DNA of 64,000 bases from Bacteroidales bacterium (GCA_036655355.1 JAVVQG010000016.1:35333-99332); one strand, 5' to 3'. Positions 8,159 to 17,407 are shown, counted from the stretch's first letter. Program-made: numbers and translations. Notes: generated from the sequence alone by a model not told the origin.

Positions 8159-10525
8159 ATGAGAACACTTTATCTTGCATTCAGGAATCTGTTCCGGAAA
8201 GGGCAAAACAATGTCATAAAAATCATCTCACTGGCAATCGGACTGACGTTGGGATTGGTCTTGATTGCCCGAATCTCCTTCGAGCGGTCGTACGACACGT
8301 TCTACCCCGAGCATGAGCAACTTTATATGGTTTATTCCCGCTACGTGCTCAACGGTGAGCCGGAGAAATTTTATCCGCAGGTGAGCGGGGGTGTCGTGCC
8401 GGCTCTGGCTCGTGAGATTCCGCAGATTGAAGCGGGTACGCGCCTCGACCGGATGGGGAATCAAGTGATATTCGACCGGGAGAAGAACCGGTACGTAGGG
8501 GAGGTGATCTTCGCCGACAGCGCTTTCTTCGACGTCTTACCGCGCCCCGTTCTCGCGGGCGATCCCAAGCAGATCCTTACGTCGCCGAAACTGGCGATGA
8601 TCTCCGAATCGCTGGCTCAAAGCATCGGCGGTACGAATGCGGTGGGCGAGCAGTTTACGTTTAGCACTTTCCCCGGCGAGTGGATCACAATAGCGGGTAT
8701 TTTTAAAGATGTTCCTGAGAATTCGCACCTTAAATACGATATCGTGCTCTCCTTTCAGAGCTTCAACGCCTTTTTTGGGTGGGATTGTACGGATGGTTGG
8801 ATGGGTTGCGACCGCTTTCGGGGGTATGTAAAGCTCAAGCCGGGTACCGATACCGAATCGCTTGCACCGATGATCCGCGAGATTCAGCGTAAGAATCAAG
8901 ATTTTGAGATGATGAGCAAGGCGGGAGTGGAGCTCAGTTACTTCCTTGAGCCGATGGCGATGGCGTACCGCAATACCGAAGAGGTGAAGAAATCTACGTT
9001 GATATTGGCGATCATCGCCTTCGCTCTGCTGTGTACGGCGGCGCTGAACTACATTCTGATTACCATCTCCTCGATGATCAGCCGCAGCAAAAGCATCGCC
9101 ATTCAGAAATGCAACGGGGCGACCCGGCTGAACATCCTGACGGGTTTTCTGGCCGAAGCGTTCGTGCATGTTTTCATCGCCCTTGTGTTGTCTCTGTGTC
9201 TGATCTTCCTTTTCCGCGCAGCGGTGGAGGAGATGGCATCGGCCACCCTTCGCTCACTTTTCAGCGGGCAGACGCTTCTGATCTTTGCCGGTGTGCTGGT
9301 TGCCTTGTTTCTGGCCGCGGGACTCATTCCGGCTTACCTCTTCTCAAAGATTCCCGTATCGCACGCTTTCCGCAACATGAAGGTGTCGCGCCGCAAATGG
9401 AAACAGCCGCTTCTGCTGCTGCAGTTCGGAGCCACCGCTTTTATGTTCACCCTGCTTTTTGTGATTCGGGGACAATACGAGTTGGTGACGAACTACGATC
9501 TGGGATACAGTCACGATAAGCTGGTGTATTGCTCGCTGTGGGGAATGTCCGCCGATCAGCGGTTGTCCGCCATGGAGGAGTTGCGCAAGAATCCCGTGGT
9601 GAGTGACGTGTCGAGTTGCAATACGATGCCCATCTTGGGGGCGAGCGGCAACAACGTGTATCATCCCGAAACCGGAGAGGAGCTTTTCAACCTAGCCGAT
9701 ATGGAACAAGTGGACGCTCATTTTTTCGAGACGATGGAGATTCCGATATTCGAAGGACGAGCCTTCAGAAACTCGCTCAGCGATACGGCACAGGTGATGG
9801 TGAGTCGTCACTTGGCCGATAAATTATCCGAGATAATGGGCTGGGAAGAGGGTGTGGTGGGGAAACCGATCCGGGTAACGGGACAACGTTACAACACTCA
9901 GACCATCATCGGGGTGTTCGACGATATCAAACTGGGAAATTTCCAGTCGCCCGACCAGCGTCCCGTGATGATCTCCTTCACCCCCAAAGCGGGTAGTATC
10001 CTAATGGTTCGTCTTCAGGAGCTCACTCCGGAGAATATCCGAATCGTTTCCGACCAATTGAAGACGCAGTTTCCCGATCGGGATATCGTGGTGAATGCCT
10101 ACGATAACGTGATTCTTGAAAACTATCACCAGTCGCGGATCTTTCGCGATGTGGTATTTATCGGCGCCATCGCCACGCTGTTGATCAGTCTGATCGGACT
10201 GATCGGATATGTGAACGATGAAACCAACCGTCGCCGCTCCGAAATTGCCGTGCGTCGCGTAACGGGAGCCTCTTTTTTGGAGATTCTGGTGCTTTTCTTG
10301 AGAGACATTCTCTTCTTCGCCGTTCCGGGCGTTTTGGTCGGAGTGGTATTTGCCTGGTGGACGGGTGAAAAATGGATGGAGATGTTCGTGGAGAAACTAC
10401 CGTTCAACCTACTCCTTTTTATCGCCTGTGGCATTGCCGTACTCTCTGTTATTCTCTTTACCGTATTGAGTAACACTTGGAAAGCGGCGAATGAGAATCC
10501 TGTAAACTTTTTAAAAAGCGAATAA
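8159..10525 (+). CDS. ABC transporter permease, MacB/FtsX-type, duplicated module (8 predicted TM, two large extracytoplasmic domains)
   Basis: 788 aa. The N-terminus FRNLFRKGQNNVIKIISLAIGL is typical of MacB-like permeases. Two repeats of TM, a roughly 250-aa loop and 3 TM are visible. No nucleotide-binding domain is present. Confidence 0.85.
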   Translation: MRTLYLAFRNLFRKGQNNVIKIISLAIGLTLGLVLIARISFERSYDTFYPEHEQLYMVYSRYVLNGEPEKFYPQVSGGVVPALAREIPQIEAGTRLDRMGNQVIFDREKNRYVGEVIFADSAFFDVLPRPVLAGDPKQILTSPKLAMISESLAQSIGGTNAVGEQFTFSTFPGEWITIAGIFKDVPENSHLKYDIVLSFQSFNAFFGWDCTDGWMGCDRFRGYVKLKPGTDTESLAPMIREIQRKNQDFEMMSKAGVELSYFLEPMAMAYRNTEEVKKSTLILAIIAFALLCTAALNYILITISSMISRSKSIAIQKCNGATRLNILTGFLAEAFVHVFIALVLSLCLIFLFRAAVEEMASATLRSLFSGQTLLIFAGVLVALFLAAGLIPAYLFSKIPVSHAFRNMKVSRRKWKQPLLLLQFGATAFMFTLLFVIRGQYELVTNYDLGYSHDKLVYCSLWGMSADQRLSAMEELRKNPVVSDVSSCNTMPILGASGNNVYHPETGEELFNLADMEQVDAHFFETMEIPIFEGRAFRNSLSDTAQVMVSRHLADKLSEIMGWEEGVVGKPIRVTGQRYNTQTIIGVFDDIKLGNFQSPDQRPVMISFTPKAGSILMVRLQELTPENIRIVSDQLKTQFPDRDIVVNAYDNVILENYHQSRIFRDVVFIGAIATLLISLIGLIGYVNDETNRRRSEIAVRRVTGASFLEILVLFLRDILFFAVPGVLVGVVFAWWTGEKWMEMFVEKLPFNLLLFIACGIAVLSVILFTVLSNTWKAANENPVNFLKSE

Positions 10526-10537
10526 TCTTAATCCGAT

Positions 10538-12910
10538 ATGAGTGAAATATTCAACTTCAAAAGCATGCTCCGCTCGCTGAGCCGCAACCCCCTCTTTGCC
10601 GTGATCAATGTGTTGGGTTTCTCTTTGTCGCTTACCCTCGTGATTTTACTGGGGGCGTATGCGCGGCACGAGTTGACCATAGATGATTTCCAGCAGCATA
10701 AAGAGCGCATTTACCTCTATACTACGATGGACGGAGCCTACTCGCCGCCCGCAATGGCTCCTTATATACAAGAAAACTATCCCGATGTGGAGGCTTTTAC
10801 AAGGCTTTTTGCACAAGATATGATTCTTTCGCGACAAGATGCGAAGTTTAAAACCAAGGTGATGACCGTAGACTCCACCTTCTTTGACATTTTCAGTTTT
10901 CCGTTGTTGGAAGGCGATCGCGAGCGGGTGTTGAAAGGCGACCGTAACGAGGTGGTGATCAGTGAATCGTATGCCCGTAAAGTATTCGGAGAGGAGAATC
11001 CGATCGGCAAGCAACTCTCCTGCAAGTACCAGCGGTATGAATTTAACGCTGCTCCCCTCGAGTTGACGCATCTTCTTACGATCGGGGGAGTGATGAAGGA
11101 TATGGAGAATACGTTGTTCAATTCGTATGAAGTGCTGATGAATATAAACGCGGCCGGGAATATCATGGGTTCCTGGATGAATCAAGGATGGGAGGCCGGA
11201 AATCACCTCTCCGTTTTTCTCATGAAGGGCGATAAAAACCCCAATGAGTACCACGATGATTTATTGCGTCGTTTCAAAGAGGTTTATTGGTTGTTTAGAG
11301 ATAATAAGGAGACGGATTTAAAATTCACTCCTTTGCACAAGGCATATTTTGATACTACGGTCAATATGCATTTTACCACGCGGGGAGGGGGCTCGATGAA
11401 AGAGATTATCACCTTCTTCGGAGCCGGACTGGCGATTCTTATTTTTGCCGTCATCAACTACATCAACCTGACGTTGGCACGAAGTTCCGACCGGGCCCGC
11501 GAACTCGCCACCCGGCGGTTATTGGGTTCCCCGCGCAGTCATTTGCTTTGGAATCTGATTCTTGAGAGTGTGCTTCTTTGCGTTCTCTCTTTCGCAATCG
11601 CCATTTTTCTGGCGAAACTGCTCACGCCTTTCTTTATGAATCTGATGCAGGTGAGCGATCCGTTATTCTCAAATCTTTCACTCGCTCTTCTTGTGGGGGT
11701 TGTGCTTGCAATCCTGTTGATCGGGATCATAAGCGGCATCTTCCCCGCCATGGTGATTACCAACTTTACACCGCTTGATGTGGTGCGGGGGACTTTCGTA
11801 CGGAAGACGAGACAGGTGTATAGCAAAATGCTTATCGGTTTTCAGTATGCCATCACCTTGATGCTGTTGATCTGCTCTTATGTGATTTTTGCTCAAACCG
11901 GTCACCTGCGGAATGAGGATAAAGGATTTGACAACCGAAACCTAATCTATTTTTACAATGAAATCGGCATTTCTGCCGCTAGACTGGGTGAGGAGGTGCG
12001 GAAAATACCGGGAGTAGAGAACTTTTCCGCAATGAACGGTAATGTAATTGAACGTGGTAATAACAATACGTTCAAGTACGATGATGGGGAGATGATCTCC
12101 ATGCAAGTGTTCGTGGCCGATTCTTCTGTTTTCGATGTGGTCAACTACGAGGTGATCCGGAGATTCGATACCGATACGTTGAAACGCACCGGGATTTGGA
12201 TCAATGAGGCATTATACAAACGGTTGAATCTTCCGGCAGACGAGAATGCTTTTTATACCCATAAGGGAACGGAATGGGAAAATAAAATAGAACTGGCGGG
12301 CGTTCTTCGTAATTTCCGGTTCGGACTTGCGAAGAATACTCCTGCAATGTTGACTGTTTACAACCGGTTGAACACTCCTTCCTCTTATATGCTTCGGTAT
12401 GAGGGAGCGGATGGGGCCAGGGTGATGGATGAGGTGAAAGCTACGTTTACAAGGGTCAGCAAGGGTATTCCTTTTAACGGAGGCTTTGTCGATGCGGCGA
12501 TGAATAGCTGGTACAATGCGCAGGAACGTACGGGTAAGATCGTGTCGCTCATGGCGCTGGTCGCCATTTTGATCGCCACATTGGGCATGTTGGCGATGGC
12601 TTCTTTCTTTATCCGGCAGCGCGAGAACGAGATCGCCATCCGCAAGGCGTATGGCTGCGGAAACGGCGAATTGATGATGCAGCTTCAGAAGCATTTCATT
12701 TTGTTGATCGGCATCGCCTTTGTGTTGGCCGCTCCCGCCGCCTATTATGTGATGAGAACGTGGCTTTCGGAGTTTGAAAACCAACTGCCTTTATCGCCCG
12801 TTTATTTTGTGCTTCCTCTTTTGGGCGTGCTGCTGATGGCAATCGATATCATTTTCCATTTGGGCAGAAAGGCGATCCATACCAACCCGGCGGAGACGTT
12901 GAGGCGGTGA
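10538..12910 (+). CDS. ABC transporter permease, MacB/FtsX-type, duplicated module (paralog 2)
   Basis: 790 aa with the same architecture as 8159-10525. It starts 12 bp after the previous gene. Confidence 0.85.
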   Translation: MSEIFNFKSMLRSLSRNPLFAVINVLGFSLSLTLVILLGAYARHELTIDDFQQHKERIYLYTTMDGAYSPPAMAPYIQENYPDVEAFTRLFAQDMILSRQDAKFKTKVMTVDSTFFDIFSFPLLEGDRERVLKGDRNEVVISESYARKVFGEENPIGKQLSCKYQRYEFNAAPLELTHLLTIGGVMKDMENTLFNSYEVLMNINAAGNIMGSWMNQGWEAGNHLSVFLMKGDKNPNEYHDDLLRRFKEVYWLFRDNKETDLKFTPLHKAYFDTTVNMHFTTRGGGSMKEIITFFGAGLAILIFAVINYINLTLARSSDRARELATRRLLGSPRSHLLWNLILESVLLCVLSFAIAIFLAKLLTPFFMNLMQVSDPLFSNLSLALLVGVVLAILLIGIISGIFPAMVITNFTPLDVVRGTFVRKTRQVYSKMLIGFQYAITLMLLICSYVIFAQTGHLRNEDKGFDNRNLIYFYNEIGISAARLGEEVRKIPGVENFSAMNGNVIERGNNNTFKYDDGEMISMQVFVADSSVFDVVNYEVIRRFDTDTLKRTGIWINEALYKRLNLPADENAFYTHKGTEWENKIELAGVLRNFRFGLAKNTPAMLTVYNRLNTPSSYMLRYEGADGARVMDEVKATFTRVSKGIPFNGGFVDAAMNSWYNAQERTGKIVSLMALVAILIATLGMLAMASFFIRQRENEIAIRKAYGCGNGELMMQLQKHFILLIGIAFVLAAPAAYYVMRTWLSEFENQLPLSPVYFVLPLLGVLLMAIDIIFHLGRKAIHTNPAETLRR

Positions 12911-14209
12911 TTATCTGAAAACCAGGGTGAACCGGGTTTCCTTTTCCGTGGAATAGGAGAGTTTGAGCGAGCCGTTGTGCTGGCGCATGATCTGTTTGGA
13001 AACACTCAGACCGATACCGGAACCGGCTTCTTTGGTTGTAAAGAAAGGAACGAATATTTGTTTGGCAACGTCGGCGGGAATCATCTCGCCGTTGTTGTCG
13101 AAATGAATCAGGATCTGCTCTTTCGCATCGCTCGTGGCCGTGATGCGGATATAGGGCTCTTTTTGGTGGGAGAGCGACTGGATGGCGTTTCGCAACAGGT
13201 TGAGCACCACTTGCGAAAGTAGGTTTTTGTCGGCGTAGATCATCAGCTCTTCCGGTTCGGCCTTGAGTGTGAACCGAATCGGCAGCGACGTGGTGGCACG
13301 CATCCCCACGATCTCCATCTGGAGGAAGTCGCGCAGGTTGAAGATCTCCTTCGATGGTGTGGGAATCCGGGTGAATCGGCGATAGGAGTTGACGAAAGAG
13401 GAGAGTTGCGAGCCGGTGTGATGAATCACCTCGAGTCCCTCGCGCAGGTTTCGGCTCACCTCCTCCTTTTTCAGAAGGTGTGCGCTGAGGGACGTGATGG
13501 GCGAAATGCCGTTCATAATTTCGTGTGTAAGAACGCGGGTCAGTTTGATCCACGACTCGATTTCATTCTCATCCAACTCCGAATCAATGTCGTTCAGGGC
13601 AATGATGCGGAGTTTTTTATTGTTGCCGTACATCTCGGAGACGTCGAGGGTGAGGTGTCGCTCGCCCCGCTCGGTCGAGAAGGAGATCTGTCGGTTGCTT
13701 TCGGGCGAGAGGGTGTGGAAAAGGGTCGGAAAGCTCTCATCGAGTTGCTTGAGCTGTCGGGTGTGCGTTAGGATCGGCAAACCGAGCAGTTGTGCCGCCG
13801 CGTCGTTGGTCTGCCACACGAATCCCTCCTCGTCGATCACCACGATGCCGGTGGTAACGCGTCCCAGAATCAGCTCGTAGTATTTCTCTTTTTCGGCTGC
13901 TTCGGCTTTCGCTTTCGACAAAAGTTCGCGCATGCCGTTGAAGGTTTTGTTGAGTTGCCGGTCGTACCGATCGCCCCCTTTTTCCGGGAACCGGAACGCA
14001 TAATCGTTGTTTTCCACCGCGTCGAAAAGGATCTTCATTTTTCGCAATTGGTTGCTGTAACTCATAAAGATCTGGCGCACGGCAAAAAAAGCGATTGTCA
14101 GCGAAATCCCAACTCCTACCCATTCGGAATAGAGGATGCAGACCGTTGCGGCACAGGTGGATAGAATTACCAGTAGCAGTGAGACGATTATTTTAGGGGG
14201 TATGCTCAT
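12911..14209 (-). CDS. sensor histidine kinase (two closely spaced N-terminal TM helices, PAS-like region, HisKA, HATPase)
   Basis: 432 aa with H-box LTHEIMNGISPI, N-box VVLNLLRNAIQS and G-box EAGSGIGLSVSKQIM. The N-terminus is two hydrophobic helices separated by only SEW. Confidence 0.88.
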   Translation of the reverse strand: MSIPPKIIVSLLLVILSTCAATVCILYSEWVGVGISLTIAFFAVRQIFMSYSNQLRKMKILFDAVENNDYAFRFPEKGGDRYDRQLNKTFNGMRELLSKAKAEAAEKEKYYELILGRVTTGIVVIDEEGFVWQTNDAAAQLLGLPILTHTRQLKQLDESFPTLFHTLSPESNRQISFSTERGERHLTLDVSEMYGNNKKLRIIALNDIDSELDENEIESWIKLTRVLTHEIMNGISPITSLSAHLLKKEEVSRNLREGLEVIHHTGSQLSSFVNSYRRFTRIPTPSKEIFNLRDFLQMEIVGMRATTSLPIRFTLKAEPEELMIYADKNLLSQVVLNLLRNAIQSLSHQKEPYIRITATSDAKEQILIHFDNNGEMIPADVAKQIFVPFFTTKEAGSGIGLSVSKQIMRQHNGSLKLSYSTEKETRFTLVFR

Positions 14210-14212
14210 TTG

Positions 14213-15556
14213 TTATAATAAATTGTATTTCTTGATCTTGTTATAGAGCGTCTGGCGCGTGATGCCGAGTTGCTGGGCTACCAGCGAGAGGTTGCCTTCG
14301 CAGTTGCGGATGGCATTGGCGATAGCCGTTTTTTCCATCTCTTCGAGCGTCATGTTCTGGTCGTCCTCCACCATTGCCGCATCTTGAAAGCAGAAGTCGC
14401 CCTCGGCGAGAACGTTATTGCCCATGATCACCGCCCTTTCGATGGTGTGTTGCAGTTCACGCACGTTGCCGGGCCAGGAGTAGGATTTGATCTTCTCGAT
14501 GGCACTTCTGTCGAGCGTCATGTTTTCACGGTCGTACATTTTCGCATAGCGGGCCACGAACATCTCGGCCATCGGGATGAGGTCCTCTTTTCGGTTGCGC
14601 AGCGGCGGTATTTCGAGGGTGATGGTGTTGATGCGATAAAAGAGGTCCTCCCGGAATCGCCCTTGTCGCACCATATCGGGCAGGTTGCAGTTCGTGGCGC
14701 AGATCAGGCGGATGTCCACTTCGCGCGGCGAGTTGCTGCCCACGCGGGTAACTTTTCGTTGCTGCAATACGCTCAGCAGCTTTGCCTGGAGATGGAAAGG
14801 CAGGTTGCCGATCTCATCGAGAAAAAGGGAGCCTTGCGAGGCGGCTTCGAACTTGCCCGGACGATCGGCTTTGGCGTCGGTGAACGCTCCCTTTACATGG
14901 CCGAACAGTTCGCTCTCGAAGAGTGTTTCGGTGAGCGCACCCATATCCACAGTCACCAGTTCATTCTCTTTTCTGCGGGAAAGGGCGTGGATTTGACGCG
15001 CGAAAACCTCCTTGCCCGTGCCGTTCTCTCCTGTAATCAGTACGTTGGCATCGGTCGAGGCGATCTTTTCGATCTGTTCGTAGAGTCGCATCATCGCCGG
15101 CGACGAGCCTTTGAACACCCCTTGTTCGACCTTGCCACTCTCTTTTTTCTTCTCCTTTGCATCGCCTTGTCCGTTTTGCATCGCCTTTTGCAACGTTTCA
15201 ATCAATTTCTCGTTTTCCCACGGTTTGGGGATGAAGTCGAAAGCGCCGTTCTTAATGCCGGACACGGCGAGGTCGATGTAGGCGTATGCGGTAAAAAGAA
15301 CCACTTCCGTTTTGGGACTGGTTCTTTTTATTTGAGAGAGCCAATAGAGTCCCTCGTTTCCATTATTAATCCCGGTGGTATAATTCATATCCAGCAGGGC
15401 TACGTCGATGCGTTCGCTCCGAAAGAGCGTGGGTATCTGCTCCGGATTGCTTATCGTGATTACTTTTCGGAAGTAATCAGCCAATAGAATTTCTAATGTT
15501 TTTAGAATGCTGCGGTTGTCATCGACAATGCAAATCGTGCCGTTTAATTTGGACAT
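14213..15556 (-). CDS. sigma-54-dependent Fis-family response regulator (NtrC-like enhancer-binding protein)
   Basis: 447 aa. It has a receiver domain (VALLDMNY), AAA+ Walker A GENGTGKE, the sigma-54 contact loop GAFTDA (a GAFTGA variant), ESELFGH and a C-terminal HTH (AQQLGITRQTLYNKIKKY). Confidence 0.92.
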   Translation of the reverse strand: MSKLNGTICIVDDNRSILKTLEILLADYFRKVITISNPEQIPTLFRSERIDVALLDMNYTTGINNGNEGLYWLSQIKRTSPKTEVVLFTAYAYIDLAVSGIKNGAFDFIPKPWENEKLIETLQKAMQNGQGDAKEKKKESGKVEQGVFKGSSPAMMRLYEQIEKIASTDANVLITGENGTGKEVFARQIHALSRRKENELVTVDMGALTETLFESELFGHVKGAFTDAKADRPGKFEAASQGSLFLDEIGNLPFHLQAKLLSVLQQRKVTRVGSNSPREVDIRLICATNCNLPDMVRQGRFREDLFYRINTITLEIPPLRNRKEDLIPMAEMFVARYAKMYDRENMTLDRSAIEKIKSYSWPGNVRELQHTIERAVIMGNNVLAEGDFCFQDAAMVEDDQNMTLEEMEKTAIANAIRNCEGNLSLVAQQLGITRQTLYNKIKKYNLL

Positions 15557-15739
15557 ACGTTTTTGTGTAAAAGTAATTATGCAAAATAAAACATATTTTC
15601 ATAAATGTTGCGGGTATTGCCAAGAAATGGAAATCCAAGTACCAAATTAGCATCGCGAATATGTATATTCTTAGGAGCAAAAAAAGGATGATTGTATTCA
15701 ACTGTTTAATAGTATGAGGATGTGAAAACATTCGACAAG

Positions 15740-15767
15740 TTGCTCTAATGTCTAAGCATTAGAGCAA
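15740..15767. repeat. perfect 11-bp inverted repeat
   Basis: TTGCTCTAATG (15740-15750), a 6-nt spacer, then CATTAGAGCAA (15757-15767). It lies immediately upstream of the TGTC-N9-GAC pair in the divergent regulator/tolC region. Confidence 0.85.
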
Positions 15768-15769
15768 TG

Positions 15770-15807
15770 TGTCAAATTATTAGACTGAAGTGTCAAATTA
15801 TTAGACA
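15770..15807. promoter_or_regulatory. paired TGTC-N9-GAC sites (candidate enhancer/UAS)
   Basis: GTGTCAAATTATTAGAC occurs twice, with TGTC-N9-GAC cores at 15770-15785 and 15791-15806(7), 21 bp apart. The sites end 56-57 bp upstream of the -24 element. Confidence 0.55.
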
Positions 15808-15862
15808 TTAAGAATAATGGGAATTTGTTGTAATATCCAGATTATCAACTGTTTTTAGATTG

Positions 15863-15878
15863 TGGCACGCGGTTTGAT
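15863..15878 (+). promoter_or_regulatory. sigma-54-type promoter with variant -12 element
   Basis: TGGCACGCGGTTTGAT has a perfect -24 element and correct spacing, but the -12 element reads TTGA instead of TTGC. It lies 32 bp upstream of the ATG at 15910. Confidence 0.6.
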
Positions 15879-15909
15879 TTAATTGTAGTGACAAAAAAAC
15901 AATTTAATT

Positions 15910-17247
15910 ATGAATTCGCTACGAAAGATCATTCTGCTGATTGTGGCCAGCCTCCTATCTCTGATAAATGGTTCAGCGCAGAACGCGTATACCTTACAGG
16001 AGTGTATGATTTATGCCCGCGAACATGCGCCGGCCAATCATCGTCAACAGGCGCAGTCTCGTATTTATAACCAGGACCGAGTGGAAGCGATCGGCGCATT
16101 TCTGCCTTCCGCGAATGCCTCCATCGGAGGAGAGTTCGATTTCGGACGCTCGCTCGACCCGGGCACCAATACCTATAAAGACAATAAATACTTCAGCAAC
16201 AACTATTCCGGTACGTTGCAGTTGCCCCTTTTTCAAGGATTGGTTCGAATCAACAATTATAAGATGACAAAGGCGATGGATCGGATGGGGTTGCATCAAA
16301 AGCAATTGATCGAAGACCAAGTGTCGCTCCGAGTGTTGAACGCCTTTTATAATGTAGTGTACTACAAACAACTGGTGATGCAACTTACTGGACAGCTCGA
16401 AGAGAGTGAACGGAACCTGTATCAGTCACTGCGAATGGAGGAGTTGGGCCTGAAAGCGGGTGCGGATGTGGCGCAGATGGAGGCGAATGTGGCCTCCGAC
16501 CGATTCGCTTTGATCCGGCAGGAGAATTTGTTGCGGGTGGCGAGACTGGAGTTAAAGGGAGCAATGAATTATCCGATGGAAGACTCCCTCGCGATTCGCG
16601 AATCGCTCGAGCCCGTGTTGCCGCAAGGAAGCGACATCGATCCCGATTCGCTGTTTGAGTCGGCTCGTAATTACTTGCCCGGATCTTTGGTTGCAAATTT
16701 TCAACTGAAAGGAATGAAAAGCGCCTATAAATCGAGTCTGGCCTCCTTTTTCCCCTCCTTCTCGCTTTTCGCAGGGTATAATACCCGCTATTTCGAAGTG
16801 CTGAAAAGCGAAGGTGCTACGGAGAGTTTTAAAAAACAATGGAAGAACAACGCGGGACAGTATGTGGGGATGCAGGTGTCGATTCCGATTTTCAATCGGT
16901 TGAGCAACCTCAGTAACCGGCGTCGGGCTAAATACCGGTTGGAGATGCAACAAGCCGATTATGAGGAGACGATGCTGAAACTCAATCAGGAGATCGCGCA
17001 GAGCATTTCGGACCTGAATGGGGCGGTGCAAGAGTATATTCAAGCGATGCGGAAAATGAACGCCGCCGATATCGCGCATACGGTGAACCGTCGCAAGTTC
17101 GAAGAAGGAATGATCAGCGCACTCGAACTGCAAAACAGTGCCAACCAACTGGCCCAAGCCAAGGCGGAGCAGGTGGGGATGCACGTTCAGTTTTTGATCC
17201 GCAAGAAACAAGTGGAGTACTATCAGGGAATTCCTTTTATTAAATAA
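15910..17247 (+). CDS. TolC-family outer membrane efflux protein
   Basis: 445 aa with signal peptide MNSLRKIILLIVASLLSLINGSAQ and two OEP-type repeats. It is the first gene of the efflux operon. Confidence 0.88.
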   Translation: MNSLRKIILLIVASLLSLINGSAQNAYTLQECMIYAREHAPANHRQQAQSRIYNQDRVEAIGAFLPSANASIGGEFDFGRSLDPGTNTYKDNKYFSNNYSGTLQLPLFQGLVRINNYKMTKAMDRMGLHQKQLIEDQVSLRVLNAFYNVVYYKQLVMQLTGQLEESERNLYQSLRMEELGLKAGADVAQMEANVASDRFALIRQENLLRVARLELKGAMNYPMEDSLAIRESLEPVLPQGSDIDPDSLFESARNYLPGSLVANFQLKGMKSAYKSSLASFFPSFSLFAGYNTRYFEVLKSEGATESFKKQWKNNAGQYVGMQVSIPIFNRLSNLSNRRRAKYRLEMQQADYEETMLKLNQEIAQSISDLNGAVQEYIQAMRKMNAADIAHTVNRRKFEEGMISALELQNSANQLAQAKAEQVGMHVQFLIRKKQVEYYQGIPFIK

Positions 17248-17260
17248 ATATCAAGACACT

Positions 17261-17382
17261 CCGGCACGAGTTACAAACTCGCGCCAATGAAAATCCGATT
17301 AATGAAACCCGGCACGAGTTACAAACTCGCGCCAATGAAAATCCGATTAATGAAACCCGGCACGAGTTTGTAACTCGTGCCG
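17261..17382. repeat. tandem 48-bp hairpin-containing intergenic repeat (2 full units plus an inverted partial unit)
   Basis: Units at 17261-17308 and 17309-17356 are identical (CCGGCACGAGTTACAAACTCGCGCCAATGAAAATCCGATTAATGAAAC). The segment at 17357-17382 carries CGGCACGAGTT-TGT-AACTCGTGCCG, a perfect 11-bp stem. Confidence 0.9.
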
Positions 17383-17407
17383 ACCAATCATCGAAAATAT
17401 CAAAACC

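Noticed and set aside
8104-8316. A 70-aa + strand ORF starting inside the sigma-54 promoter region.
   Set aside because: It is out of frame with and overlaps the start of the 788-aa permease, whose N-terminus is family-typical. It would begin within the promoter itself.
8537-11254. Several 130-210 aa antisense or alternate-frame ORFs within the permease genes (8537-9169, 9031-9519, 9344-9664, 10646-11254, 10777-11166). Similar ones occur in other long CDSs (16552-17211, 19491-20108, 19964-20713, 27892-28533, 50932-51579, 61030-61692).
   Set aside because: All are nested in long ORFs with clear family signatures. Their compositions are skewed (R/H/P/G-rich) and no independent start context or motif supports them.
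12849-13553. A 234-aa ORF on the - strand in an alternative frame over the histidine kinase 3' half and the end of permease 2.
   Set aside because: It is Arg/Pro/His-rich with a non-protein-like composition. It overlaps the well-supported kinase frame (H, N and G boxes) on the same strand.
14270-15487. A 405-aa ORF on the + strand, antisense to the sigma-54 response regulator gene.
   Set aside because: It fully overlaps a gene with unambiguous REC, AAA+ and HTH motifs. The antisense product is low-complexity and Arg/His/Phe-rich with no recognisable motif, the typical shadow ORF of a moderately GC-rich gene.
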